A DNA stretch of 64,000 nt from Fimicolochytrium jonesii (taxonomy: Eukaryota), in the NCBI RefSeq assembly GCF_025526975.1, contig NW_026515668.1, positions 1,302,001 to 1,366,000 on the forward strand, written 5' to 3'. Shown here in pieces: positions 9,122 to 22,254 of this stretch; the stretch's first letter is position 1; every line of letters begins with the position of its first letter. The translations under genes were made by a program, and so were the position numbers. The notes under the pieces were generated by a model. The model was not told the DNA's origin, did not search any database, and was given only the letters and a program-made list of their open reading frames with translations.

Positions 9122-10600
9122 ATGGTTCTAACACTCGCGAGTACTCGCAGCTCGCCCAGTCCTGTGGACTCGAGAGCGGCAAAGTATGAAAAGGCAGAGA
9201 CATCAGTAAAATACAGGACTTGGACCGCAACTTCGTCGCCGGCGAGAAGTTCACTTATGCGGCCGACTGCCTCCTCGGCGGCTAAAGTCACCGTTAAGGT
9301 GCCCACGACTCCGAAATCTGTCAGTTTCGCCACATCGCCTCGGACGCCTAGCCCCGCAGGCGCAGCCCAGATGTCCAGGGAAAGGAAGACGCTAGTCAAG
9401 AAGCCGTCCTTCGTACTGCCGGCGAAAGTCCACCTCCCCCAGCCACCCATTCCGCTGATGAGCCAATTCGCCGTGCCAAAGAAACCATTGGGCCCTCGAT
9501 TATCGATCGCCGCCGCCGCTGCCGCACCACTTGCGCAATATTCCCCGCCTAAGACCGCGGGATCGTCCTATGATATTACCACCAGCCCCAAAATCACCAC
9601 TGGCGGCCCTAAACATTCCGCCGCGAGACTACCTCGATCACCACCAAAGCAACCGGTCGTCAAAGTATCTCGCTATCCAGTCCCATCCCCACCCTCTTCG
9701 CCGCCTAGCGCAGTCAAAAGGGTATCAGCTTCAGCCCCCTCATCCCCTAACACAGGCATGCGAAGGCCTTCCATATCAGAGATGCGAGTCATCCCTGAAC
9801 CACCCGCCAAATGCGTCCGCTCCCTTTCATCCACCTCATCCCACGAACTCAGCAAAACATCCCGCTCCTCGTCGATCAGCACGGCAGTAACGTCGCCAGC
9901 AGCCGCCCGGAATGACATGTCGCCAACACCCAGGCCGATCACCGACTACGCACGTTACCTGCACCAGACCATCGAACGCGGCGAATCCATCTTGGAAAAC
10001 AACGAGATTGAATTGCTAGCGCTCGAGCGGAACCAGTACCGCGACTCGTTCCGCCGCGCCGATTGCGAGAGGAACGTGTTGCTCGAGTACATCATGGCCG
10101 AGCAGAACCCGAATCAGAAGGAGAGGCGGAACAACAGCAAGAACGCCGTCTCCGAAAAGGCGTTGGCCGATCTGCGTAAAGAACTCGCGGAGTCAAACAG
10201 CACCATCTCGATGCTCTCGCAAAAAGTCACCGAGCTGGGCGTGCAGGCGCGAAAGGACGCTACCACCATCGCCTCGCTTCGCAATGACTTGACCACCATC
10301 CGTTACGCTGAATGGGACTCTGGCGTTGAGCTGGAACAACATGCCACCGTCCAGTTGAAGCGGCGCGGATCGAGGTCTCCGTCAATGGCGAGGAAAGCGT
10401 CTGCGTCGGACGATGGGCCGGTACAGGTCACCGTCAGTCGGGGAAACAGCCCTTTGCTGTCGCGTAAGCTGACTCCCGAACCTGCGACGGAGAAGCCTCA
10501 GCCGAAACCTCAGGCTGAAATCATCGTGAAGGAAGAGAAGAATGACGATTGGGTCAGCTGCTGGGATTCCTCGGCTGCGTTTGCCCATCCTTTCATGTAG
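9122..10600 (+). CDS. Hypothetical Ser/Pro-rich protein with C-terminal coiled coil
   Basis: Long open frame (8543..10600) with likely ATG at 9122. Heptad-like region YLHQTIERGESILENNEIELLALERNQYRDSF... Confidence 0.65.
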   Translation: MVLTLASTRSSPSPVDSRAAKYEKAETSVKYRTWTATSSPARSSLMRPTASSAAKVTVKVPTTPKSVSFATSPRTPSPAGAAQMSRERKTLVKKPSFVLPAKVHLPQPPIPLMSQFAVPKKPLGPRLSIAAAAAAPLAQYSPPKTAGSSYDITTSPKITTGGPKHSAARLPRSPPKQPVVKVSRYPVPSPPSSPPSAVKRVSASAPSSPNTGMRRPSISEMRVIPEPPAKCVRSLSSTSSHELSKTSRSSSISTAVTSPAAARNDMSPTPRPITDYARYLHQTIERGESILENNEIELLALERNQYRDSFRRADCERNVLLEYIMAEQNPNQKERRNNSKNAVSEKALADLRKELAESNSTISMLSQKVTELGVQARKDATTIASLRNDLTTIRYAEWDSGVELEQHATVQLKRRGSRSPSMARKASASDDGPVQVTVSRGNSPLLSRKLTPEPATEKPQPKPQAEIIVKEEKNDDWVSCWDSSAAFAHPFM

Positions 10601-12490
10601 TCCTTGGAAACTGTTACATACACAGGGTGAGAAGACGGTCACAGTGTCGAATTATCACCAAACCCCGGTCTCACAACATCTGTTCTCTCAGGTTACCATA
10701 GCCGTGCCACCCCACCTGCCCCTCTTCATTCTCCGGACGTAATCACCAGCATCAGTCTTGGCCCTCTCAGCGCCCGTCATCGGCTACAAAATCAATCCTG
10801 GATCATAGGGGATCCACCTTTTTACTTCTGGAAGTGCAGTTTCCTTGTTTTGCTTTTTTGTTGAACAGGAGGCCTTACTCGAAAGGGCCTCATATCAATA
10901 CCCTCCCCTTACCCCTCAACGTATACTCCTTTACTTTTACTGTACTGATAGTGATACCAGGACCTCATAACGCACTGTTGTACTGACTACATCAATACAT
11001 AGCACTTTCTTTTTCTGTACTCTTGTGATAGCGTACATCATGGGGTTGGAGAATCATCAACTTCCCAGCAGCTGCAACTTTGTTCATAATACATTCAAGT
11101 CCTCAGAGGGAACGAACACTTGCTACACTGCGTGTTCCTTCAGATCGCTCAGGGATCCGGTGGGCATTAACGGGCAGTGAACCTCATCAAATTACTGGCT
11201 GGCCCTAGTTAGCTTCGCAACCTTCTCGGCTCTTTCCCGTGTCCACGGCCAGGCTCAAATCTCTAATACGCCGCGTCCGTTGTAGCCCGACAGTTCTTGC
11301 CCCATTCATCTTCCTCCCACTGAGTAATGAGAACATATATGATCACCCGACGTGGGTTTCGTTGGCACCATCTCGCGAGAGCCAATTGGCTTGTATCGAG
11401 GCCCACATCAAGGAAGTGAATTGTTTTGGAAGATCCTGAAGTAGGGTATGAGCAGCGTACCCCCATAGGGTCAGCTGAATGTACATGACGGGTGGCTGCT
11501 GCCACCACCAGTCTCGGTGCCGCTCAAGGGGTGTTAATCCCCTGCTACCACCCGCAAACAAGGGAAGTTGGGGCATTCGACCCAAACACGAGTCAAGGTT
11601 GATAATTGCGTGTCCACGTATTGATAGCATAGACTGTCAGTAAGGCTCAAGAGCCCTTCTCCTAAAGCGAGCAGCCTATACCGGGACAAGAAGTCGTCCC
11701 TTGTTCCATCCAAAGGTATCGTGGTCGCCGGTGTGGGGGTTGTCTGGAGGACATGTGAAAAGCACACTGTCCAGGCGGGAGATGGCGAGAATGGTGTGGT
11801 AATTGACCCACGGCCTGAGGATTCAACCTGCTTGGTAACCACCTTGACGTCCTTCAGCCCTGAAAAGCGGTCGGAATGATCGGTGAGAGTTCGGACGAGT
11901 AGGTCCAGCTGGTCGTTCGAGATGTGCACGCGGGTGTAGAGGTTTTGGAGGAAGTGGTTGGTCATTTCTGACAGACGGCAACCATGTTCCCTGAGCCATA
12001 CTGTCTGCTTGGTTGAAAGTGAGTGAAAAAAGCTCAAAGGGAAGATTCGGGGTGTTGAAGCCGGTCATAATGCTGTGGTCCCTCGGTTGACGTTCCAGGC
12101 GCTGACTTCCGAGCAGATGTCAAGGTCCAGTGGGTGGTATAATGTGATCATCGGGGCAGAGCAATGCCAGTCGCTCCCAAGTACTCGTCGTTCGATCCAT
12201 CGACCTCCGAAATCAGGTCGACCGTAGCGCCTGTGAGAATATAAGAATCAAGTGAAAGTCATTAGCACTACCGCTGGTAGTTGTACTGTAGTTGTCCTTC
12301 TTGTCTTTGCAACTGGCGGACGACGAGACTGTTGAAAGACAAAGAACGCGTCTTAATTCCCATCACGTGCTTTTGACTTAAACTCATGGCCCGCGTGTCG
12401 ACGGTATAGGGAATCTCGGCAAGGCATCCAGTGTTTGAAAGGCCTCTGGAAAGTCGACGAAGCAGACGACGTCGGGAACATATAGGCACG

Positions 12491-13891
12491 ATGAAAGTTA
12501 GTATCACACCCGCAACACCACAAGGAGCAGGAGCGAACGGATGGATGGACGACGGTCGAGGGGCGGCGTGCGTGCGCTGGCAATGGATGGATGCATGAGG
12601 GAGTGGCTGATGGATGGAAGTCGAATTGGTGCATGGAATGTGAATGTGGACAATGGCACGGAAAACCTACGACCGGCGCAACAACGAGGACTACCGAATG
12701 ACGGCAGAGCAAGGGACGTGACGACGTCGGCTATGGAGTGGGAGGCTGTAGCTTACCATGCAGATTGCATTTATGCTCAATTTGTGCAAACCGGCTGGGA
12801 CGTCGAATTGCATTGCCATAACGACGAGTGGGAGGACAGAGCCAGCTAGGTGGACGGAAGAAGGAGGGAGGGCTATGCCGAAACCGTGAACGCCGAGGGG
12901 ATACTATTGACCGTCGAGCGGAGACTGATCGTTTCAAATTCTCTTTGTTACCAATTTACAGTTGAACATTGCTTACCCCGCCCTGGGCACCCAGAAGACC
13001 ATCGAGGTCGACGATGAGCGCAAGTAGTGAGTATTCCTGTCGAATTACGCTCAAAGAGGATATTGGGAATCTGGAGCTGGGTGGTGGGAAAGTGTCGAGA
13101 AGGCATGTCGATCTGACGATTCGCCTTGTCCTTCGCTCAGCCGTATCTTCTACGAGAAGCGCATGTCGCAGGAGGTTAAGGGAGATGCCCTCGGTGACGA
13201 ATTCAAGGGTTACATCTTCAAGATTACCGGTGGAAACGACAAGCAGGGTTTCCCCATGAAGCAGGGTGTTCTTGAGGCCCGCCGTGTCCGTCTCCTTTTG
13301 TCTGCCGGCCACTCTTGCTACCGCCCCCGCCGTACCGGTGAGCGCAAGAGGAAGTCCGTCCGTGGATGCATTGTTGGCTCCGACATCGCCGCCCTTGCTT
13401 TGGTTGTCGTCAAGCAAGGTGACGCCGACATCCCTGGCTTGACCGACACTCAGGTGCCCAAGCGCCTTGGACCCAAGAGGGCCAGCAACATCCGCAAGAT
13501 GTTCAACCTCACCAAGGATGACGATGTCCGCAAGTACGTCATTCGCCGTGAGATCCCCGGCAAGGGCGACAAGAAGGGCTACACCAAGGCCCCCAAGATC
13601 CAAAGGCTGGTCACCCCCCGTACCATCCAGCGCAAGCGTCACCTGAAGGCCTTGAAGGTTCGCCAATCCGCGAAGGTTGCCGAGGTGAGTCAATGAAGGC
13701 CATAGAATGCCGTTGGATCTCTTGTTCAACTTGCGATAAACGACAGATGAGACTAAACAACGGTTTTTTAGGATGCCGCCGAATACGCGAAGATTCTCGC
13801 TCAACGTATCAAGGAGCGCAACACCAAGCGTCAAGAGCTCCACCAGAAGCGTCGTCTCTCCTCCACCCGCAAATCCACCACCCAGGCATAG
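12491..13891 (+). CDS. RPS6: 40S ribosomal protein S6 (eS6), 4 exons
   Basis: Exons 12491-12496 (MK), 12962-13026 (LNIAYP...DDERK), 13141-13684 ([10 protein letters not shown]...[14 protein letters not shown]...KRLGPKRAS) and 13772-13891 (…KRRLSS…). Confidence 0.97.
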
Positions 13892-15676
13892 ATTCGCGTC
13901 GTGACGCTTATACCGGTCATGATCATCGCATCTGTATTGGGGTTGTAAAAAATTCAATTTCTCTCTTCCATCCCTTTTGTCATCTTATTTTATCTTGGAA
14001 GGACACTCGACAGCATGCGGATTGGGGGATTCAGCAAACGCATCTTGTCGAAACGTTTCCAGCATTCAATATATCTATCTGACCCTTGAGGGCTTTCTGG
14101 ATTTGCTCACTGACGAGGACTGGGACTGATGGTTGGTAAAGGCGTGGAACAACAGGGGAAGCAGAAGGTGTGGAAGCTGCTCTATGTTGGAAAGGAATCC
14201 AAAGGCCAGACGTTGGATTGAGAGGGAGGAAGGGTATGTCCTGTGCAGGCTACAGTTTGATGACGCCCGCCATTAGAAACGACATTAAAACTCAGCAAGT
14301 CTTGCAAGGGGCAATATGCCAGATGGCAAGTCCCCGCCCGGTGCTGGGTTTTGCACTTGGCCGAAGTTGGAAGTCCGGCGAAGTCCTCCCGTTACTCAGC
14401 GCTCACATACAGTATGTACGTACGTTTGCGCAGTCGCGTCGCCAACCATCGCGACCGTCGCCAGGCAGCTGCTCAACTACCATCCCCCATCTTTGAACCC
14501 CCTGCGTCTCCATGCGTTCTGTGAATATGGACACAGACCCCCAACAATTGTAGAACATAATGTGCGCAAGAGGCTGCTCTTCACAACTGTCTTATTACTT
14601 TCTTTATTATTACAACAAAACAAACAAAAACACTAATCTAAGGAAACCTGAGCATCATCATTGTCGAATCCCGCAAACTCCTCATTGCTCTCCTCTGCTG
14701 TAACTCCAGAACGGCTTCATTCCTGCACGGTGATGTTACGGTGGTTAATGATGGCCTTCCATGTGTCACAGAACACATAAGTATCCCTCTCTTTTGCGGC
14801 GGCAGCAATAAGCCGTGCAGTGGCTTGAGAACAAGAATGACCTTCCTCAAGTCAGTTGGTGGTTCCTCAGTCCAAACTCTTCACCACCGAATCAGCGCAC
14901 CTGGTAGAGTAGAGGGTGGACAAAGCTTTCTCAAAGCGTACACGGAACTCTTACCTCTCCTAGTAGCACGTCTTCTGGGGCATGCACTTTTTTCCTGTCC
15001 TGCTTGGTAAAAGTCCGCAGTAAGTAGCTATTCAGCTGAACAGACAAGCTAGTGTTGCTCCCCATACCTGTTTTAGTTATCCCACAAACTTCCAGGTCTG
15101 TTGGTTGCGTCTGGCTTGGCCATTCACAAAAGGAACGCTGAAAGGCTGGAAAAAGGGAAGGCGAAGGAACCAGAAACAGAGACGCGCGGGCGTATGTGAG
15201 CGCTGAGTCCCGTTATGTCCGAACGTCCGAATGTACGGCGCTTACGTGTTAAGGACGAGGCACGCGTCAATCTCGCGTGCTCTGTTTCTCCACACGATCG
15301 AGGTGTCATCACGCCATTTGTTTGTTTACAGGTTTATGAGGTACATATGTATGGTACGCATGTTGAAATATGGCATTCAAAGTCCCGATATTATTGCAAA
15401 GATGTCTCGAAACACATTTAAGAAACAACGATTATACAAGTAGCACCAATGTCAAGAGTATTAAGAAATGTACATTCAGCGGCAGGCAGGTATATTGCTC
15501 GCTTAGGGATGTAAAAGGAAGGGGGTTCTTCGGCCGTGACGTTGGGTTTGAAGCAGATGTGATCCACCAAATCATTCACAGTCCAGACACTCAATCTATC
15601 CTTCCAAAAATGAAATGGGCGGTCACTTCGCGTAACAAATGTGCGAAAGTGGCAATCGTTTCCGGTGTCCATCAGC

Positions 15677-18600
15677 CTACGGCTGCTGGTTGGTGGTATT
15701 CGAAGGCGACGTCTGAGTATTCGGTGCAGTGACCGTAGAGGTGCCTGCCTCACCGCCTCGGTGTATAACCTTCGCCTGACTCGCCAGTGTATGAGCATGT
15801 GCCAGTCGCTCAAAGACATCCGCACCGGTCGGTCCACGCAGATTTGCGTTTGCATTGTTGGGATTCGACACAGAGGTGTTAAATGCCCATGCTGTCGACG
15901 GTGTCGGAGCGGACGATGGCGGTTGTGATGGGGCGGTGTGGGTGGTGTTGTAAGCGCTGTTGAATGCAGTGCGAAGGGCCTGGAAAGGCGCGCTGGAGGT
16001 GGGATTCATTGATGTGGTGGGATACGCCGGTGAAAGAGCTTGCAGCTCGTCCTGCTGTGGAGGTCTAGCAGCGTTCGCTTCGAAGCCTCGCCTGGGCTCC
16101 GGTGCCGGGTTTGTCTTTCGAGTGGGACTGATCATCGGAGGTGTTTGAACGCGTTTGGGCGGACTCGTACTCGGTACCCGCTGACGGTCACCTGCAGAAG
16201 CCCACCGTGGACTCCTCTCGCGGGGTTCTGAGATGGTTTCCGGTGCTCTCATGTGGTGAGCTCGTCGCTGGACTCCCGGAGGTAGGATCTCACGTGGCGA
16301 CGCGCTTGTGCTGCTGGAGCCAGATCCCGATCTTTGAGGGCTTTTCCCACCCGATGCCTTTGGCTTCAAGGTTCGATCGGGCGACGCAGGCTGGTCTCGC
16401 CCGCGCGAATCTCCGTCTCGCGATGAAACTTCCTCAGGGACGTTTCCCTCGTCGACAGGAGGTGAGCTCGCGGCCGCGTTTATGGAAGTCACCGTCGGTG
16501 ACCCTGACCTTGTGCTCCCCTTACTGTCAACATTCTTGGCGAGCCGTTTAGCGAGCTCGCCGCCTCCAATGAGAGCAAGGCGGTCCATGAAGCTCATGCT
16601 CTTGGTCACTGGTGCCGCTTGCGCCTCCTGGATGATGTTTGTAATTGCAGCTTTCTGTTCGGTGAGATGAAGTGTGTCAGGAGCCTTGATGTCACTGTCT
16701 GCGCGCTCACGAGCTGGTGCAACCTGAGGCATATCGTTTGAGACTTGCGCTCTATGAACCGTCACGGGAGGATTTGTCAAATTGATAGGGACGGGCTTCA
16801 TCGACTCTGCCACGACATCAATGCCCGCTTTCGGTTGAGCGGGCTCGCCTTTGTCGTCGTCATGCCAGGCTTGCTTCGTTTTCGATTCGGGCCGTGTTGG
16901 AGATGGCACAGCGCCGTCCCGAACAACCGCATTCTCCTTCTCGGCTTCTCTTTCTTCGAGCTTGGTATCGTTGCTTTGCTCAATAGCATCAGCTATCGCC
17001 TTTTTGAACTTACGCTCAGCTTCTTTCGATGCGAGTTTGAGCTCCGCCGTGATCCTCTCCTTGTCACTCAACCGCTGCTTCAGATCAGATTCCCTCGTTT
17101 CGCTTTCTTCGACCGCGAACCTCAACTTGACAATCTCATCAAGGTACAGCTCAACGACAGCTTCCAACTCGAACGGGTCAAACGTGCGCACAAGGTTGAG
17201 CGCATTCTCCCAGCCTAGGTCAGAGTTCCCAGGGCCAGCTGGGGACGCCATATCGTCTTGCTGTTGTGATCCTCCTTCCGCGCCAAGACGAGCAAGTCTC
17301 AGAGATTCTTCAGCTTCCACGATTTTGGCATTTACCGTCGCAATCTCTTGGTCGAGTTCACCGAGGCGACCATCCATGTACTGCCAAGCCTCAGGTTCGT
17401 AGCGACCCGTGCGGGCTTCTTCGGCTTTGACCACTTTTTCCCGCTCGTCAAGCAACTCTTTTTGTTCACCAGTCAGCTTAGCCATGGGAACTTGGAGGGC
17501 AGCCAGAAGAGCTTTTGCGCGTCGGACGGCCAGGCAAGACTCGAGTTCCTTGTCCAGCAATTCTTTCCGGAGGGCGGCGCGTACACTTAGCGACCCTTCC
17601 AGATCCAACTCGGAAAGCGTTTTTCCTTCTGGCGAGTTTCGCCCGGATGTTCGGCTGAGGCCAGTCGATGGTCTTTGTCGAAGAACACTCGCAGATGACC
17701 CTGGTCGCGTTACGGGCGCGGAGGTGACTTTCCAAGTGCCGTGATTTCCTTTGACGCGCTTTGGAGATGCGCTGCCGTTGGATGTCCCCGGTTTGGAGAT
17801 GCGTTGCGGCGTTGTGGTCCGTCTCAGGATTTTCATGACCGACTTTTTCTGACGGGTGTCATCGGTGCGGCGCTGCGACATGATCCTTTGCAGCTGGGAA
17901 ATGAAAATTTCGATTAACACCAGATCACAGCGTTCCGACTACAGACCAAAGCCCTCACTTGTATCTGGTTCTTATGCTCCATCGTCTTCAGCATATCCGC
18001 AGCCCGCTTCTGTTTCCTTATCAAATTCGCGATCTCTCTCTTGCTCTGCATTTCCAAAGACCTCGCCAGTTCTCTTTCCCGTCTCAGCTGCTTCACCATC
18101 CGCGCCTTCTCCGATTTCAAGCTGAGGACAGTGTCTTTCAGATTGCGCATAAGCCCCTCCTCCTTTCCGCGACGTTCATCACGCGATTTCGATGTTTCCG
18201 CCAGCCGTCGCTTGTAGCTATCGATCTGTCTTTCCAGTTCGCGCCGTTTGTCCTCATATCGTTGCTTGATGGCCAACGTGCCCTTCTTTTCGTCGCGCTT
18301 TCCTCCATCCTGCATTTTTTGCAATGCCAGATCCCGCTCGGACTTCGCTTGATGTAGTTCAGCTGTAAAATCGCGAAGTTTCTGATCGTACGAGGCTTTG
18401 AGTGATTCGTATTCTTGTTCTCGCATTTGCATGCGCGACATGATCTTCTCGTGGTCCTGGATGTCTGCTTGGATTTTTGCGATACATTGTAGAGCGTCCT
18501 CTTTGACCTTGTCCACCGCGCTTGCGGACCCGTCGTCTTCGCCTTCGTCAGTGACGGAGAAAAGCATTGACGGTTCTCGAACGAGGGACACCTTGGAACG

Positions 18601-21059
18601 AACCCCGTTTTAAGAACACATATCAAGGAATATGAGATTGATTGCGCAGTCACTTACTGCTCGTGGAACTCCGTAAACCTTTACGTTTGCAGAGTCTCCT
18701 TGGTCGTCTTGTGTTTCCTCGATGCCCGTTAACTATATCAAGTCTCTTTGAGTAAACAACACCGACGTAAATCAACAAACTCGATCACTCGATTACTCAC
18801 ATCTGTCGGAAGTGGATTCGCATTCAAAGCCTCCATTAGACGCTTCTCGCCCGCTGCTTCCACCACGTCATGTGCATCCACTTCGTTTGCGACCTCAAGC
18901 ACACCCTTGAACACAGGCTTCAACGGAATGTCAAACTCAACAGCGATCTCATCCGCCTCTGGCCCAATTTCTTCTGCGCTCCAGAGGCCACCTTCCGCAT
19001 TCCGACTAGGTGCAGCAAATGCGTTCTTGCCGCTTCGCGTCTTCCCGCTGAGCTTTGCAAGGACATCGTTGTACCAGTTGATGTTGTCCTCTGCTTCCGA
19101 AAGACGGAAGCGGTAGTCGGAGATGGTGCGCACGTAACTTTGAATGATGGGATGCGCGGCAACCAGGCTTCGATACGCTGCCTGAGTGGTGTGTCTGCTT
19201 CCTGGGATTGGCGATGATCCGCTGCTTGTGGATTCCACTTTGTCGGCGTTTTCTTTAGGAGGATCGCATACCTCCTGCGCCGTGTTGGCCGGTGCTCTAT
19301 CCTCAAGAACCCGTCGAAGTTTCGCCACCCCTGTATCGTCATCGTGATCTCCTTTACGCTTCTTGCTCGGAGCCAGGCTCTGGGTATAAGCCACGACGAC
19401 TTCATCTCTTCGGACGATGGCATCCGCCAACTCTTTCCCCAGCTCTCGACACCGGTCCTGCAGTCGAAAACATCGGAATTTCAACCGATCGTTCTCGAAT
19501 CGCATAGCGTCCCTTTCACGTCGCATGCCTTCGAGCTCTTCTTCTGTTTCACGGTTTTTTTGAATCCGCATCTGCGCCTCCCGATCGCGAATGCCGCCTG
19601 GCATGGAAATTTGTTGATTCTGCTGGTACCCAGCTGCTGCGAGGTCGCCAAAAGTGTCTGATCTTGCCATTTCGTTCCAAGTGGCTCCACCAGCCCGCAA
19701 TTGCGCCACTGTTGCTCGCAAGATTCGAATTTCTCTTTCCATAGCAACAAAGTTCGCTCCATTCGCGCCCCACTCTTGGTTGATGACCACTTTGTTCTTG
19801 ATGTTTCGAGCCCGGTTCGCATAATTTAGGGTATTGAGGGTCTCGGCATAATTGCTGCTACTCGGACTGACGCAGGCAAGCATAAGGGTCTGGCTGTTCC
19901 CACCAAGGCTGTCTTGCAGCATCCTGGTGAGTTTCGAGTCCCGGTATGGGACATGCTGATTGGCGGACCTTCGTGTGTCGTCGCCTAATGCTGAGATAAC
20001 GTTTCCAAGGGCGAGTAGACCTTGATTGATGGAGATTCCCTCCTTTTTTCGATCGCCTTCCGCGTTCGTGCGTTTCAATCGCTCGGACCCAGCCAAGTCG
20101 ACAAAGTGAAATTTCGAAACAAGGCTCTGTATTTCAGAGCTGACGTTCTCCATGGAGGTCGCGACCACACCTCCAGATAGTTCTCCGGTTTCGGGTATTG
20201 CATCTGCAGCGGAATCTGTTTCTGGAATTTGATCTACTTTTCGCTGCTGCCTCAGGATGACGCTGAAAATGGCATGACTTCTCGAGGACGAAGCATTCAT
20301 GTCGGTCGATCCGGTACTTCGGCACAGAGAGCCTTTCGCGAGCGCTTCCAGTAAGCCTTCAGGTGAGTTCACTGGGACCTCGCGGACCCCATACCACACA
20401 ATCCTGCCGCTGGAATCTTCACGAATGGATAATCCCGAATTGCCATCCTTGCTCCGCGGATTGAGGAGATCAACGAGCTCTTCGTTGTATAGTTCGAGAA
20501 ATGATACCAGCACCTCGTACTGAAATCCATCCCCCAACCTCGCCTGTTCTGCGGCTAATTTGTCGAAGAGGAAATAAATCGCTCTTGGAACTATGCCTTG
20601 GTCGAAGTTCTCACCGGCTGTCTCCATCCCGGTTCCCATGGAGTATGTTTTTCCAGATCCCGTCTTTTTGCATGATAGACATAAGAAGAAATAGATCAGC
20701 TGGGTTCAGCCACGTTGGGTGCGAGATCTTGTCCTCACCTGACCATACGCGAGGACCGTGGCATTGAATCCTTCCAAAAATCGCTCGACCAGCGGCTGAA
20801 CACATTCCCCATACACCTGCTCCTGCCTGCTCTCGGTATCAAACACATGGTCGAATGTGAAGGATTTCGCCTGTGCTGAGCTCGAGGAAGCGGTTGTGAG
20901 GCCCAAGGACTCTGCGACGCTGACGCTGTTGCCGGGCGCGATGGACACCTGAGGGACACCTGGCCCGTAGAAGGAGACGCATTGCTGTGCGCTTGCCAGT
21001 ACTTCCTTTGCGCTCAGCGGGCGGACTCTGAGAGCGACTTTCACGGACGTGGAGGCCAT
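15677..21059 (-). CDS. Kinesin motor protein, kinesin-4 (KIF4/KIF21)-like, multi-exon
   Basis: MASTSVKVALRVRPL, YGQ|TGSGKT split by an intron, SSRSHAIF, DLAGSER, HVPYRDSKLTRMLQDSLGGNS. Long coiled-coil exons follow (ORFs 17914..18591 and 15677..17920). Confidence 0.92.
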
Positions 21060-22254
21060 ATTTCCATTGTGTCGAAGACGGCGGGTTGTTTGCTGTGAAT
21101 CCTGTGATCGCAAAGAGTTGACGAAGCTTGTCCGATCTTCGAGCCGTCTTCAAGCCCAGATCCATGTGAGTCGTGACGCGTTCCTCTGTCCGGGCCGTTT
21201 GGCAAGTCCTCCCAAATTCGCAACGCGGAAAGACTGCCAACATCGCCGCTTCCCCGTTCCTGTACAATGCGAACGCTGGCCTCTGGCGCGCGGGTCGCAG
21301 TGCTGAGAGGCACGTTTCTTCGAGAAACTGAGTATTGCATCACGGGACTAGGACTGGCAACCCTTGAGCATGGACCGGCTCTCCAACGAGGGCTTCCGAG
21401 ACAGGAGAAGGAAGAAGTGCATGCCACGGTCGAGCGTGTTTTAGACCAGCTTGGTTCACCACAAACGGCGAATGCAGCGTGGAGAAAAGGAATTCTTACA
21501 AATAAATGACCGATGTTGGCCGGAAGGCTGCTACACCACAAAGTCAAGGAGCGGAACCGCAACGGAACTGGGTTGACAGGATGATAGGCGGGTTAAGTTG
21601 GATCATGAAGCTGGCCAAAGAAAAGCGAAGCAGATAGATCAGAATGCGACTTCCCATTCTCGGAAAAGATCTGGGCGCCGCAACCCTCAGATGTTCAGGG
21701 CGAGGAGCGCAAGTAGCGAGGACGCACATGCAGTGGAACAGCATTTTCAAGACTCAGACCGAGACACGACGGTGAAGAAACACCCTACTTCTTGTGCGCA
21801 AATTCTTGGAACGATATACGCCATTGGCCTTGTTTACGCATCTTGCCAACCTCGTTTCCTTGAGTCTCAATAAACTCTGGGCTAGTGTCTCACCAGGAAA
21901 TAAAGTGGGCAAGGTGCTCAAACGCAAAGGATGTCGCAAAGAGAGGTCAATGATCTCCACACCTCAATTTCCCGTTTGCTCTTGCTGGAAACATGGCATG
22001 TGTATATTTGTGCCGCCAGATTGCCGTATGCCACTTTCAATGTTGCATGCGAAATGCTCTTGTGCTTGCGTTTCAAGACCTATGGGCGTGATTAAAAGGA
22101 CGGGGCACACTTTCCCCCCTCCTGCTCAAGAATCTAGACTGGTGCAATGCCCACAAGTCTCCGATTGCAACCTTGCAATGTGAAGCGGCGACGCGTTCGA
22201 AATGAGGTAATCAACCAAAATTCAGCGAGAAAGAGTCATTGGTTGAGAGCACGG

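Noticed and set aside
11534..12230. Minus-strand open frame interrupted by a TGA, upstream of RPS6
   Set aside because: No recognisable motif; cannot distinguish a gene relic from chance.
12956..13957. 333-aa minus-strand ORF
   Set aside because: Antisense shadow of codon-biased RPS6.
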